From Candidatus Daviesbacteria bacterium RIFCSPHIGHO2_02_FULL_43_12 (lineage in GTDB: Bacteria; Patescibacteriota; Microgenomatia; Daviesbacterales; UBA10151): 60,054 nt of DNA. Both the position numbers and the translations under genes were made by a program. The DNA is taken from assembly GCA_001776775.1 (NCBI GenBank), contig MFDD01000015.1, positions 7,969 to 68,022 on the forward strand. Reading direction: 5' to 3'. Positions 34,787-44,454 of this stretch are shown here, one piece after another; position 1 is the stretch's first letter, and each line of letters starts with the position of its first letter. A model generated the notes under the pieces. The model worked only from the letters and a program-made list of their open reading frames with translations. It ran no database searches and was not told where the DNA came from.

Positions 34787-37348
34787 ATGCCTTTTAAAAG
34801 AATTCGCCGGCGAAGTGACTATGGAGGCCTCCGTAGAATCAAGCTACTATCTGTTTTTACCAAAGCGACTCTTTTTATAGTTATAATCGGCATTACCAGT
34901 GTCATTGGCTTATTAATCTTTTTACTCTCTCAGATTCCTGCTCCTGATCAGCTGCAAAATCGAACCATTGCCGAGTCGACCAAAATCTTTGACCGAAACG
35001 GCGAGCTTTTATATGATATTTTCCAAAACCAAAACAGGACTCCGGTCAAGCTTTCCGAGATCCCCCTTACCGTCAGGCAGGCGACCATCGCCATTGAAGA
35101 CAAAGATTTTTATAAACACAAAGGGTTCTCTCCTTGGGGTATTGCTCGGTCTTTCTTTAATCTGGTGCTTCATCGCAAGATTGAAGGTGGCGGATCAACC
35201 CTGACTCAGCAGCTAGTCAAGAACGCGCTGTTAACAGGTGAGCAGTCGCTTATCCGCAAGCTCAAAGAATTTATTCTGTCGATAGAAGTAGAACAGACTT
35301 ATTCCAAAGATCAAATATTAGAGATGTATTTAAACGAGATTCCTTATGGAGGTACTGCTTATGGGATTGAAGCAGCAGCCAATCTTTATTTCGGCAAACA
35401 TGTTAAGGAGCTGACTTTAGGTGAAGCGGCCTACCTGGCCGGTCTCCCGCAGCGGCCATCTGTTTATAGTCACTATGGTTCCAATCCTGAGCTGGGACTG
35501 GAGCGTAAGGCTGATGTGTTACGGCGGATGATGGAAGATGGATATATCAGTAAATCTCAATCCGAAGAAGCCAAAAAACAGGAGTTTTCGTACCGAACTT
35601 CGCAACAAGAGGCTGGAATTAAAGCTCCTCATTTTGTGCTTTATGTCAAGCAAAAATTAATTGAGCAGTACGGAGACAAGCTGGTTGAACAGGGCGGCTT
35701 AAGAGTGACGACTACCCTTGACTACAAACTCCAAGAACAAACCCAAAAAATCGTCAGAGACGAGGTTGAAAAGCTGAAGGATTATAAAGTTGGCAATGCC
35801 GCCTCCGTTGTGCTGGACGCCCAAAATGGTCAGATTAAGGCGATGGTCGGTTCAAAAGATTACTTTGGCAAATCAGAACCCGAAGGCTGCACCAGTGGAC
35901 AAACATGTGTCTTCGAGCCCAATTTTAACGCCTCTGTTAACCCCCGTCAGCCTGGATCTGCTACTAAACCGATCAATTACGCTGCCGGATTTATCAAAGG
36001 TTACACCCCTGCCTCCGTGTTAATGGATGTTAAAACAGAATTTCCGGGTGGTGATCGAGAAGATTATATCCCGGTCAACTACGATGGACAGTTCCATGGT
36101 CCGGTTGAGATACGTTATGCCTTAGCTAATTCTTATAACATTCCGGCAGTCAAAATGTTGGCGATTAATGGAGTGAAGAATGTCATGGATCTAGGATTCA
36201 GGATGGGTCTTTCTACCTGGGAACCTACCGAAGAAAACGTCAATAATGCCGGGCTTTCACTCACTCTGGGAGGTAGAGAGGTTCGCTTGCTGGATCTTAC
36301 TTCGGCTTTTGGAGTTTTTGCCAGTGGCGGCAAACGCCATGACCCGGTCTCTATCTTGAAAGTAGCTGATTCTAAGGGCAAAGCTCTGTATGAGTTTCGT
36401 GATCAAGAAGGAACGCGGATCTTAGACGAAGGGGTAGCTTTTCTGATCTCCAATATCCTGTCTGATAATGGGGCTAGGTCTGCCGCTTTTGGCACCAACT
36501 CTATCTTAAATATTACGGGCAAAACTGTGTCGGTGAAGACTGGAACAACTGATGAAAAACGCGACAACTGGGCAGTTGGTTTTACTCCTTCTGTAGTTGC
36601 AGGTGTGTGGGTCGGTAATAACGACAATTCAGTAATGAACCCGGCTATCGCCTCAGGTATTACCGGAGCTTCACCTATTTGGCAAAAAATTATGGTAGCC
36701 GTCCTAAAGGATAAGCCGGACGAAAAACCTCATCAACCGGATAATATTGAGCAACTTGAGGTTGATGGCTTGATGGGAGGTAAGCCAAAAGATGGCTCGC
36801 CGACCCGTAAAGAGTATTTTGTTAAGGGGACCGAACCAAAAGATATAGCCTGGGGTTACCAGTCACAGAAAGTCTGCAAAAGTAATCCTCATCGCCTGGC
36901 CAATGATGGAGAAGATGCTGACCAAAAAGACGTAATCGTATTAAAAGAAGATGATCCGACTGGAGCCAATAAGTGGCAAACAGGTATTGATCAGTGGGTG
37001 CTGACTTCTGCTGATGCTCGTTTAGTAGGTGTGACGAGAGGTTGTAGCGGAATCCCCGGCTTTTCCGGAGGTGGAACCAGTGGGGTCATTTCGATTGTGA
37101 ATATTAATAACGGAGCTAATGTGCCGAGGGTCTTTGATGTATTGGCCCGAGCAAACTCACCCAAAGGAGTCAAGAAAGTTGTTTGGCAGATTGACGGAGC
37201 TCAAAAGAATGTCCAGACAGCCGAGCCATATGCCCAGCATGTTGAGTTTGCCCCAGGTGATAAGGGGTCGCATACTATTACTGTGACCCTAGAGGATAAT
37301 GATGGGGCAACCTTTTCCAGCTCAGTAGGAGTGACCGTCTCACTTTAA
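34787..37348 (+). CDS. Class A penicillin-binding protein (glycosyltransferase plus transpeptidase) with a C-terminal Ig-like extension
   Basis: GT51 motifs [22 protein letters not shown]. TPase motifs SATKP, SYN, KTGTT. Confidence 0.9.
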   Translation: MPFKRIRRRSDYGGLRRIKLLSVFTKATLFIVIIGITSVIGLLIFLLSQIPAPDQLQNRTIAESTKIFDRNGELLYDIFQNQNRTPVKLSEIPLTVRQATIAIEDKDFYKHKGFSPWGIARSFFNLVLHRKIEGGGSTLTQQLVKNALLTGEQSLIRKLKEFILSIEVEQTYSKDQILEMYLNEIPYGGTAYGIEAAANLYFGKHVKELTLGEAAYLAGLPQRPSVYSHYGSNPELGLERKADVLRRMMEDGYISKSQSEEAKKQEFSYRTSQQEAGIKAPHFVLYVKQKLIEQYGDKLVEQGGLRVTTTLDYKLQEQTQKIVRDEVEKLKDYKVGNAASVVLDAQNGQIKAMVGSKDYFGKSEPEGCTSGQTCVFEPNFNASVNPRQPGSATKPINYAAGFIKGYTPASVLMDVKTEFPGGDREDYIPVNYDGQFHGPVEIRYALANSYNIPAVKMLAINGVKNVMDLGFRMGLSTWEPTEENVNNAGLSLTLGGREVRLLDLTSAFGVFASGGKRHDPVSILKVADSKGKALYEFRDQEGTRILDEGVAFLISNILSDNGARSAAFGTNSILNITGKTVSVKTGTTDEKRDNWAVGFTPSVVAGVWVGNNDNSVMNPAIASGITGASPIWQKIMVAVLKDKPDEKPHQPDNIEQLEVDGLMGGKPKDGSPTRKEYFVKGTEPKDIAWGYQSQKVCKSNPHRLANDGEDADQKDVIVLKEDDPTGANKWQTGIDQWVLTSADARLVGVTRGCSGIPGFSGGGTSGVISIVNINNGANVPRVFDVLARANSPKGVKKVVWQIDGAQKNVQTAEPYAQHVEFAPGDKGSHTITVTLEDNDGATFSSSVGVTVSL

Positions 37349-39025
37349 CTCTAGCTCTAACTCAATGATCGCGATTCTTTTGTCGCTGCCAAATTTATTG
37401 ATTACTCTTGGGTGAACTTCAGCCAAGATGCCACTTGAAAACTTTCCTGACTGAATCCGCTGCTGTCTAGCAGGATGGAAGTAGTCTTGTTTTTCCCTGC
37501 TTTCTACCTTAAAGCCGATATAGAGCATCTCGAGTGCTTTTTTAATTAGCTGGTAGAGTTCTTCTGTGGGATTATCTGTATCATTAGAAAGAGCAATACT
37601 TAAAAAGTAGCTCTCTTTGGGTAACTCCCCTGGCTGCAAGTTAAAGACTTTACCTATTTCAAATATAGCTACATCTTTGAAATGTTTCAGGTTAAAGCTG
37701 ACGACCTCTAAGAGATTTGGCCATAAAGCGTTACGCAGATATGCTGTCTCCGCAGATATGGGATTGAGAATTTTGACTAATTGCCGCTGATCTGTCCCCA
37801 AACTACCTAAAACCTGAGTAGAGAAGAACGAATAGGTTTGAACCTCTTTTAATCCAACTGTCGCAAGAGATTTTTTTAGTTGATGGATAAATTCAAATTT
37901 AGATTGATCTATTTTGGACGGGGGGCTACCTGGCAATGGTGACTTTGGGATTTTTTCATATCCGTAAAGCCTGGCTATTTCTTCAATAATATCTTCTTCC
38001 TGCTGGCAGTCTAGCCTAAAATATGGAGGACTAACTTGCCAGGTATTTTCATCCACTGTTTTGACAGTAAACTGCAACCTGCCAAGAATTGATTCGATCT
38101 CTTTTTTGCTTAATACTGTGCCGATCAAATTATTTATCTTTGAATAATGAAGAATCAAGTTAATCGGGACTGTCTGAAAGTCTCCCTTGAGGGATAGGGC
38201 GGTTACTTTTCCTCCAATGGCCTGATACATTTTAATAGCCGCACTATATGCCTGCAGCAAGCCTTGCATCGTTAATCCATGCTGGAATCTACGGCTGGCT
38301 TCAGAATGTAAATTCAATCGAGAAGCAGTCCTACGCACATGTTGTGGGTTAAACATTGAGGCGGAAAGCAGGATAGTGGTAGTTGACGGCTTGATCTCTG
38401 TGTCCTTACCACCCATAATTCCAGCGACATCCAAAGCCTTTTCGTCATCGGATAAAACAATATCTGCATCAGTCAATACTCTCCTTTTATCATCCAGAGT
38501 GGTGAGAACCTCTCCTTTTCGGGCCAGCCTAACATTAATAGTATGGTCTTTGACTGCCTGGGCATCAAAAGCATGTAAAGGTTGGCCATATTCCAGCATG
38601 ATCAGATTGGTAATATCCACAAGGTTATTAATTGATCTAATCCCGGAATCGTGTAATTTTTTAACCCAATTAGCGGGAGAAGCCTGCACTGTCAAGCCTT
38701 CTATTCGGGTAACGCACTGAACAGGAGAGAGTTGTAAATCTTCGATACCGATCGGTGTAGTCTCAAACTTGTTTTTGCTCCAAATAAAGTCCTCCTGGCT
38801 TGACCCTTGACCTTTGACCCTTGATACAGTGATCGCCGCTATCTCCTGAGCTACTCCTCTAAGGGAAAGAAGATCAGCCCGGTTGTATCCTTTCATATCC
38901 AGCTCAAAAAAGTCTTTGGTGACTTCCTTGATGCCAATTGTCCGCTTTGGAAGCAGGTCCATGACCTCGTCCACCGGCCTGTCCAGGTCTATTAATTCTT
39001 TTAGCCAATCTTTAGATACTTTCAT
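37340..39025 (-). CDS. pheT: Phenylalanyl-tRNA synthetase beta subunit, reduced (561 aa)
   Basis: MKVSKDWLKELIDL N-terminus, B3/4 and B5 blocks (...GIMGG...), catalytic-like domain. Follows pheS. Confidence 0.9.
   Translation of the reverse strand: MKVSKDWLKELIDLDRPVDEVMDLLPKRTIGIKEVTKDFFELDMKGYNRADLLSLRGVAQEIAAITVSRVKGQGSSQEDFIWSKNKFETTPIGIEDLQLSPVQCVTRIEGLTVQASPANWVKKLHDSGIRSINNLVDITNLIMLEYGQPLHAFDAQAVKDHTINVRLARKGEVLTTLDDKRRVLTDADIVLSDDEKALDVAGIMGGKDTEIKPSTTTILLSASMFNPQHVRRTASRLNLHSEASRRFQHGLTMQGLLQAYSAAIKMYQAIGGKVTALSLKGDFQTVPINLILHYSKINNLIGTVLSKKEIESILGRLQFTVKTVDENTWQVSPPYFRLDCQQEEDIIEEIARLYGYEKIPKSPLPGSPPSKIDQSKFEFIHQLKKSLATVGLKEVQTYSFFSTQVLGSLGTDQRQLVKILNPISAETAYLRNALWPNLLEVVSFNLKHFKDVAIFEIGKVFNLQPGELPKESYFLSIALSNDTDNPTEELYQLIKKALEMLYIGFKVESREKQDYFHPARQQRIQSGKFSSGILAEVHPRVINKFGSDKRIAIIELELELK
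38799..38826. repeat. 4 x 7-nt tandem repeat inside pheT
   Basis: CTTGACC CTTGACC TTTGACC CTTGATA on the + strand. Encodes ...SRVKGQGSS... on the minus strand. Confidence 0.75.
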
Positions 39026-39110
39026 GTTCAGTTACGAGTTGCTAGTGACCAGAGTCTAGGTCTCTGTTTTTTCTTGACTCTAGACTTTGACACTTGATCC
39101 TAGACTCTCA
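39026..39110. repeat. Heptamer-word palindrome spanning the pheS-pheT spacer and the pheS 3' end
   Basis: GTTCAGT TACGAGT TGCTAGT GACCAGA GTCTAGG ... CTTGACT CTAGACT TTGACAC TTGATCC TAGACTC. GAGTCTAGG is complementary to CCTAGACTC. The last ~10 pheS codons are encoded by it. Confidence 0.6.
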
Positions 39111-40162
39111 AAGAGCCTCAGGTCGCCATTTCTCAGCTGGCGCATATCCGAGATTCCCTGTTTTAGCATCGTCATTCTCTCTGGAGAGCATCCCCAGGCG
39201 ATCCCAGAATACTCATTAGGATTAATCCCCCCCGCTCGCAAGACGTTGGGATGAATCATCCCCGCCCCACCCAGCTCTAACCACCCCACCCCTCCACAGA
39301 TATTGCACCCCTTACCACTACAAAAAATACACAGTCCATCAACGCCCGCTCCTGGTTCAACAAAGGGGTAATATTTAGGACGAAGCCTGGCCTTGATCTC
39401 GGGTCCAAAAACGGCCTTTAGGAAATATTCTGACAAGTAGAGCAGATTGGCCAGGCTTAAGCCTTTATCAATATATACCAGTTCAAATTGGTCAAAGGTA
39501 TGCTCATGGCGGGCATCGGTACTTTCATTGCGAAAACATCTTCCGATATTCATAAACCGTACCGGAGCCGGATATTCTGTCATAATCCGGATTTGAGAGT
39601 TAGAAGTGTGTGTTCTCATCAGAATTCGACCAGGTTCAATCCCAAAGTTGGTTGAATCGATGTAAAAGGTATCCTGTAAGTCTCTAGCCGGATGGTTTTC
39701 GGGAATATTAAGAACCTGGAAGTTGTTAATATCGGTATCGATCTGAGGTGCGTCATATTGCTGGAAGCCAAGTTTAGAAAAAACCTGCACAATATGGTTT
39801 TCAAATTCGGTTAAAGGATTCAAGGCGCCTTGGCGTTTTTTAATTTCAACTGGACTGCTTAGGTCTAGCGACTCTCTTTCTAACAGCGAGTAACCTGTCT
39901 CGCGAATTGTCAGTCGCTTATTGCTTATCGCTTTTTCTAGCTCGAACTTTACGCCATTAAACAGCGGACTAACAAGTTGAAGCTGGTCTTTGGAGAGTTT
40001 AGAAAATTCCTTAGGAAGTTTGGTAACAGCTCCTTTTTTGCCAAATAGGGCCAGAAAATGCTCGTCTAGCTCTTTGAGAGAGCTGGCTTGTTTAATCTTT
40101 TTTAAATATGTATTTTTAATATCCGCTATCTTGTCCTGCATATTATTGCTTGATTCTAGCAT
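39080..40162 (-). CDS. pheS: Phenylalanyl-tRNA synthetase alpha subunit (start possibly Met at 40141)
   Basis: Class II motifs ...HPARD.QDTFY..., ...RTHTS..Q.R., ...GRCFRNE..D..H...F.Q.E..., ...GAGMIHP.VL... Confidence 0.95.
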   Translation of the reverse strand: MLESSNNMQDKIADIKNTYLKKIKQASSLKELDEHFLALFGKKGAVTKLPKEFSKLSKDQLQLVSPLFNGVKFELEKAISNKRLTIRETGYSLLERESLDLSSPVEIKKRQGALNPLTEFENHIVQVFSKLGFQQYDAPQIDTDINNFQVLNIPENHPARDLQDTFYIDSTNFGIEPGRILMRTHTSNSQIRIMTEYPAPVRFMNIGRCFRNESTDARHEHTFDQFELVYIDKGLSLANLLYLSEYFLKAVFGPEIKARLRPKYYPFVEPGAGVDGLCIFCSGKGCNICGGVGWLELGGAGMIHPNVLRAGGINPNEYSGIAWGCSPERMTMLKQGISDMRQLRNGDLRLFESLGSSVKV

Positions 40163-40201
40163 AAGCTTACCCGATCGTAAAAGAGAGAGGAGGTTTGATA
40201 T

Positions 40202-40483
40202 TTATAAGTTACTACGTAAACCCTTGTAATCTTCGGAGAAATTTTCGGGACCCAGCATCTCTGAAACTTCTTTAAGATTAGTCGCTGAATCGATCACTAC
40301 TTTGGGTGTGGGAACGGGCGAAGGCCCGGTGCTAGCCGGTGCAGGGCTGGACTTGGCTGCGTCTATAATTTGAGGGGTAGCGAGAGGCTCAGATGAAGTA
40401 GCATTTCTTAAAATCAAAATTCCAATGGTCGCAATTAATACGAGCCCGATACCGAGAATTAATTTATTTCTCATTTTTAACAA
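40202..40483 (-). CDS. Small protein with an N-terminal TM/signal anchor, unknown function
   Basis: ORF with a hydrophobic N-terminus (LILGIGLVLIATIGILIL) and a P/S/A-rich linker. Confidence 0.4.
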   Translation of the reverse strand: MLKMRNKLILGIGLVLIATIGILILRNATSSEPLATPQIIDAAKSSPAPASTGPSPVPTPKVVIDSATNLKEVSEMLGPENFSEDYKGLRSNL

Positions 40484-41015
40484 CTCCCTTAAGTAAATTT
40501 AGGGCATAAATAGTTTTGGCCCTGGCGTATTCTAAATTAGACTGAAAAAGATTAATGGTTGAGGAAGCGTCACTTTTTAAGTTGCCCTCGGAAGTTAGGT
40601 TGAAGATATAAATTTTCCCAGCCTGAAAAGCAATTGCTTCATGAGCGAAAGTGATCCAGTATCTGGCATTGCCGACAGCATCTTGTTCACGCTCGTAAGC
40701 TGGCCTCTTCTCGTCCCCCATTCGAGCTTGGTACTCGTCTAAGACCTCCCCCATGGTTAAAGTTAGCTGTTCTAGCTCGTCAGTCCGCTTTTTATTGATC
40801 CCGACTATTTTTTGGGAAAGACTTTCTAATTTAAACTTATTTTCCGCTGAATATCCAGCAACTTTTTGAGCATAGTTCTCTTTCTGGGAATTAACTATAT
40901 CTTCTTGACTAACTCGGGCGTAGATAGTTATGAGTTGTGAGTTCAGAGTGACAAGTAAAGCAAAAGCCAGAAAGAAGACTGAATTAATGAGAGAAATCCT
41001 ACGCAGTAGCTTCAT
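40464..41015 (-). CDS. Secreted/anchored protein of unknown function
   Basis: ORF with a signal-like N-terminus (SLINSVFFLAFALLVTL). 17-nt overlap with the rplT 3' end. Confidence 0.45.
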   Translation of the reverse strand: MKLLRRISLINSVFFLAFALLVTLNSQLITIYARVSQEDIVNSQKENYAQKVAGYSAENKFKLESLSQKIVGINKKRTDELEQLTLTMGEVLDEYQARMGDEKRPAYEREQDAVGNARYWITFAHEAIAFQAGKIYIFNLTSEGNLKSDASSTINLFQSNLEYARAKTIYALNLLKGVVKNEK

Positions 41016-41346
41016 TGATCACTTTAGTAAAAGCTTCTGGGTTATGCACAGCTAGTTCAGCTAAAATCTTGCGATCAACCAGAATCTCTTTGGTTTTAAG
41101 CTGAGCCATCACTTTAGCGTAAGTTAAGCCTTGGTTGCGTAGAGCAATATTAATCTGAGTAATCCAAAGCTTGCGCATATCCCGGCGTCTCTGTCGACGT
41201 CCGGCAAAAGCGTACTGCCCAGCATGCAACATGGATTCTTTAGCTTGTCTGACTAGTTTAGAGCGACCACCGCGGTAACCCTTGGTTAGTTGATGTAGTT
41301 TATTATGTTTAGCTTTAGAGGTAACTCCTCTTTTGACTCTTGGCAT
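40999..41346 (-). CDS. rplT: 50S ribosomal protein L20
   Basis: MPRVKRGVTSKAKHNK...GYRGGRSKL.R.AKE....A..YAF..RR.RRRD.R.LWI..IN.A.R canonical L20. Confidence 0.95.
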   Translation of the reverse strand: MPRVKRGVTSKAKHNKLHQLTKGYRGGRSKLVRQAKESMLHAGQYAFAGRRQRRRDMRKLWITQINIALRNQGLTYAKVMAQLKTKEILVDRKILAELAVHNPEAFTKVINEATA

Positions 41347-41535
41347 ATTTCTTTATCGTTTATCGATATACAATTAACGATCTACGATACACTAGCCTTT
41401 CCTCTGACTTTCAAAAATCTTAGAACTTTTACATGCCAGCCTTCGCTGCGATTTACTGGAGCAAAGCTCCTGGCACCTGTGTCGCCATTCATCGAGCGTT
41501 TTGACTGCTTAAAATTTCTAGTATTTTTTCCCATA

Positions 41536-41736
41536 CTATATTCCCAGCATGATCTTAATCTGCTTTGCGTCGCCTTTAGATACTTGTGCTGGCACTGCAT
41601 GTCGGCGCAGCGCTGACTTTGATTTATGGCGCCTTAAATGGTTAGCTCTCAGCTGATGAGAACGCATAATTTTACCGGTACCTGTGATTTTAATTCGTTT
41701 AATAACCGACTTTTTGGTTTTATGTTTATATTTCAT
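41536..41736 (-). CDS. rpmI: 50S ribosomal protein L35
   Basis: MKYKHKTKKSVIKRIKITGTGKIMR...H......K canonical L35, 66 aa. Confidence 0.93.
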   Translation of the reverse strand: MKYKHKTKKSVIKRIKITGTGKIMRSHQLRANHLRRHKSKSALRRHAVPAQVSKGDAKQIKIMLGI

Positions 41737-41793
41737 AACTTACGCTCCTTTAGACATAGGTGATTATACTAAACAGTCTGAGGAATAGCAATC

Positions 41794-42348
41794 TTAGGAT
41801 GGAGTTAAATTTTGTTTATTCTTGCCGATGATAGCAGTGATACTCCGGCCTTCTAACTTAGCAGCTCTCTCAAAAGAAACCTTATCTCCCAAAAAGGCCA
41901 TGATCCGCTTGAGGGTTTCAAAACCTAGCTCGGTATGGGCCATCTCCCGACCTTTAAACTTGATCCGGATCATAATTTTGTTACCATCCTTTAAGAATTC
42001 ATCAACCCGGCGGAGACGAGTATGGAGGTCGTGATCGGCGGTTCGGGGGGTAAACCAAAGTTCTTTTAGCTCGACATCTTTAGCATTCTTTTTGGCAGCC
42101 TGATCTTTTTTGCTCTCTTCGTAGAGAAACTTTTTGTAATCAAGGATTCTGACGACTGGAGGCTGGGCTGATCCAGCGATCTCTACTAAATCCTCACCTG
42201 CTTCGCGGGCTTTTTGCAAAGCTTCCTCTCTACTTAAAACACCAATTTGTTTCCCTTCGCTATTGATAACTCGAAGGGTAGGAGCACTGATACGTTCGTT
42301 GATGCGGTGAAGAGGTTGGCGGTTATACGGTCTGTAAAAGATAGCTAT
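41794..42348 (-). CDS. infC: Translation initiation factor IF-3, probably initiating at a rare ATA codon
   Basis: ...INERISAPTLRVINSEGKQIGV..., ...DLVEI...A.PPV.RI.DY.KF.YE..., C-domain ...KGRE..H...G. GGAGGA at 42363-42358 lies 9 nt upstream of ATA 42348-42346. The only earlier in-frame start (TTG 42375) has no SD. Confidence 0.85.
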   Translation of the reverse strand: MAIFYRPYNRQPLHRINERISAPTLRVINSEGKQIGVLSREEALQKAREAGEDLVEIAGSAQPPVVRILDYKKFLYEESKKDQAAKKNAKDVELKELWFTPRTADHDLHTRLRRVDEFLKDGNKIMIRIKFKGREMAHTELGFETLKRIMAFLGDKVSFERAAKLEGRSITAIIGKNKQNLTPS

Positions 42349-42409
42349 GTTTCTTGATCCTCCGGGACTTAGCAAATTTTAGCAAAAGTTAGATCTTTAA
42401 GCAATAAGC

Positions 42410-44164
42410 TTAAAGCCTTTGTTCGGTCTGTTCGCTAATTTGCTTGATAAAATCGGCAACCGGAGTAGCCCCGCGGTCTTCCCCATCTCTTGTCCGAACG
42501 GCAATAGCATTTGCTTCTTGTTCCCTATCTCCGATAATTAGCATATAGGGAATTTTATGCATTTGGGCTTCGCGGATCTTGGCTTGCATTTTTTCTCCCC
42601 TACTATCAATCTCTACCCGTATGTTCGCGTTCTTTAATTGTTCGAGTACTTTTTGGGCATATTCAATATGTCGATCCGTAATGGGTATAATTTTTACTTG
42701 AACAGGAGATAGCCAAACCGGAAAATTTCCGGCGGTATGTTCTATATATACCGACAAAAATCGTTCAATTGAACCCATCAGGGCAAAGTGAATCATCACC
42801 GGAGTTTGCTCCTTACCTTCTACATCAATATATTTCAGTTTAAAACGTTGAGGCTGGACAAAATCCAACTGAGGAGTAGCGAGCTGCCACTCTCTGCCAA
42901 TGGCATCCATAACCATAAAGTCTATCTTTGGACCATAAAAAGCTGCTTCTCCTTCGGCGACATAATAATCCAGCTGATGCTCGTTGGCTATCTTGAGTAA
43001 TATATCCTGAGCCTTGTCCCACAACTTGACATCTCCTAGATATTTTTCTGTCTGGGCGGGATCTCTAAAAGATAGACGGGCTTTGTAGGTCATCCCGAGA
43101 GTGCCATAAAACTCTTTGACAATCTCGATCAGTTCGGTATAAATAGCCTCGATCTGCTCGGGGGTACAAAAAATATGTGAGTCATCTTGGGTGACGGAGC
43201 GAACTCGAGACAAACCCAACAGTTCCCCCGCCTTCTCATCTCGGTAAATGGTTGTGGTTTCTAAATATTTAATCGGTAAATCTTTGTAGCTTCTCGTTTG
43301 GGAGGCAAAAATTTGCTGATGATGTGGACAGTTCATCGGCTTCACGACTAGCTGTTCGGTAGTTTCTTGGCTGGTTACTAAAAATAGCTCTTTTCCAAAT
43401 TTAGCCCAATGTCCGGATGTTTCATAAAGCTTTTTATTAGTAATATGCGGAATCCATACTTTCTGAAAACCTTTATCTATCCGAAGTTCTTGGGAAAAGT
43501 TATTTAAAGCTTCGCGAAGAACTGTTCCTTTGGGGGTAAAAAGAGGCAGGCCCTTGCCAACTAAATCTGAAAATACAAACAGATCCAGCTCCTTACCCAG
43601 TTTTCGATGATCCCGTTTTTTGGCCTGTTCCAGCTGCCAAAGATATTTGTCGAGCTCCTCTTGGGTTGGAAAGGCTGTGCCGTAAATTCGAGTTAGCATC
43701 TTATTTTTTTCATCCCCGTGCCAATAGGCTCCAGCCAGAGAGAGTAGTTTAAATGGTCCAACCTTTCCAGTCGACTCAACATGCGGACCTTTACAAATGT
43801 CAACAAAAGACTCTGAAGCATCTTTTCCTTGGATAGTATAAATACTGACCTGCTCGCCTCGCTTATCTGCCTCTTGGGCCCATTCAAGCTTATATGAGTT
43901 ATGAGCAAAAGCTTTTTTGACCTCATCTACCGACATGGTACTATGTAAAATGGGCAGGTCAAGCTCAATAATCCGCTGCATCTCTTGTTCTATTTTTGGA
44001 AAATCCTCCTCGGATATCTTTCCAGAGAAGTCAAAATCGAAGTAAAAGCCCTCCTCGGTTGCTGGGCCCATGGCGGCCAGTAAACCAGGAAAGAGCTTGA
44101 TCATTACCATAGTTAAGATATGCTCACAACTATGGCGCATTGGTTCTAATTTTTTACTGTTCAT
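42410..44164 (-). CDS. thrS: Threonyl-tRNA synthetase lacking the N-terminal TGS domain
   Basis: Begins at the editing-domain HSCEH motif. Class II core (...RVRSVTQDDSHIF...), C-terminal anticodon-binding domain. 584 aa. Confidence 0.95.
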   Translation of the reverse strand: MNSKKLEPMRHSCEHILTMVMIKLFPGLLAAMGPATEEGFYFDFDFSGKISEEDFPKIEQEMQRIIELDLPILHSTMSVDEVKKAFAHNSYKLEWAQEADKRGEQVSIYTIQGKDASESFVDICKGPHVESTGKVGPFKLLSLAGAYWHGDEKNKMLTRIYGTAFPTQEELDKYLWQLEQAKKRDHRKLGKELDLFVFSDLVGKGLPLFTPKGTVLREALNNFSQELRIDKGFQKVWIPHITNKKLYETSGHWAKFGKELFLVTSQETTEQLVVKPMNCPHHQQIFASQTRSYKDLPIKYLETTTIYRDEKAGELLGLSRVRSVTQDDSHIFCTPEQIEAIYTELIEIVKEFYGTLGMTYKARLSFRDPAQTEKYLGDVKLWDKAQDILLKIANEHQLDYYVAEGEAAFYGPKIDFMVMDAIGREWQLATPQLDFVQPQRFKLKYIDVEGKEQTPVMIHFALMGSIERFLSVYIEHTAGNFPVWLSPVQVKIIPITDRHIEYAQKVLEQLKNANIRVEIDSRGEKMQAKIREAQMHKIPYMLIIGDREQEANAIAVRTRDGEDRGATPVADFIKQISEQTEQRL

Positions 44165-44235
44165 AGTTTCAATATATCAGAAAGATCTTACTTTGTAGAG
44201 TAAGACAGCTAGCTTCCGTCAAACTCTACGCTTAG

Positions 44236-44412
44236 TTAAGGATGATTTTCGTATCCTCTCCTAATAACCTCGGGTCCTGAGCGAGCAACAAACTCGCGCC
44301 ACTCTTGGTTAAAACGAGCTTTCTCAGCTATTTTAAAGGCCTTTCTTTCTAATCTAGACCTCTTCCTCTCGGGTTGACCTGATTGATAGCCCGCGCTTAC
44401 TCCTTCTGGCAT
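44236..44412 (-). CDS. 58-aa basic protein (below the ORF-track cutoff) with a strong SD, between the T-box-like leader and thrS
   Basis: AAAGGAGGTGA, then 6 nt, then ATG (44412). Translates as MPEGVSAGYQSGQPERKRSRLERKAFKIAEKARFNQEWREFVARSGPEVIRRGYENHP*. Stop at 44236-44238. Confidence 0.5.
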   Translation of the reverse strand: MPEGVSAGYQSGQPERKRSRLERKAFKIAEKARFNQEWREFVARSGPEVIRRGYENHP

Positions 44413-44430
44413 TAACTATCACCTCCTTTC

Positions 44431-44454
44431 AAAAAGACCTCCTTGCGGAGGTCT
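44431..44454 (-). terminator. Intrinsic-terminator-like hairpin immediately upstream of the 58-aa ORF's SD
   Basis: Minus-sense AGACCUCC-GCAA-GGAGGUCU followed by UUUU. Two upstream CCUCC copies could form an alternative pairing. Confidence 0.5.

Noticed and set aside
41305-41616. 103-aa (+) and 72-aa (-) ORFs in the rpmI-rplT spacer.
   Set aside because: They overlap rpmI or run antisense to it, and lack start signals. The spacer is treated as non-coding; see the finding on 41347-41535.
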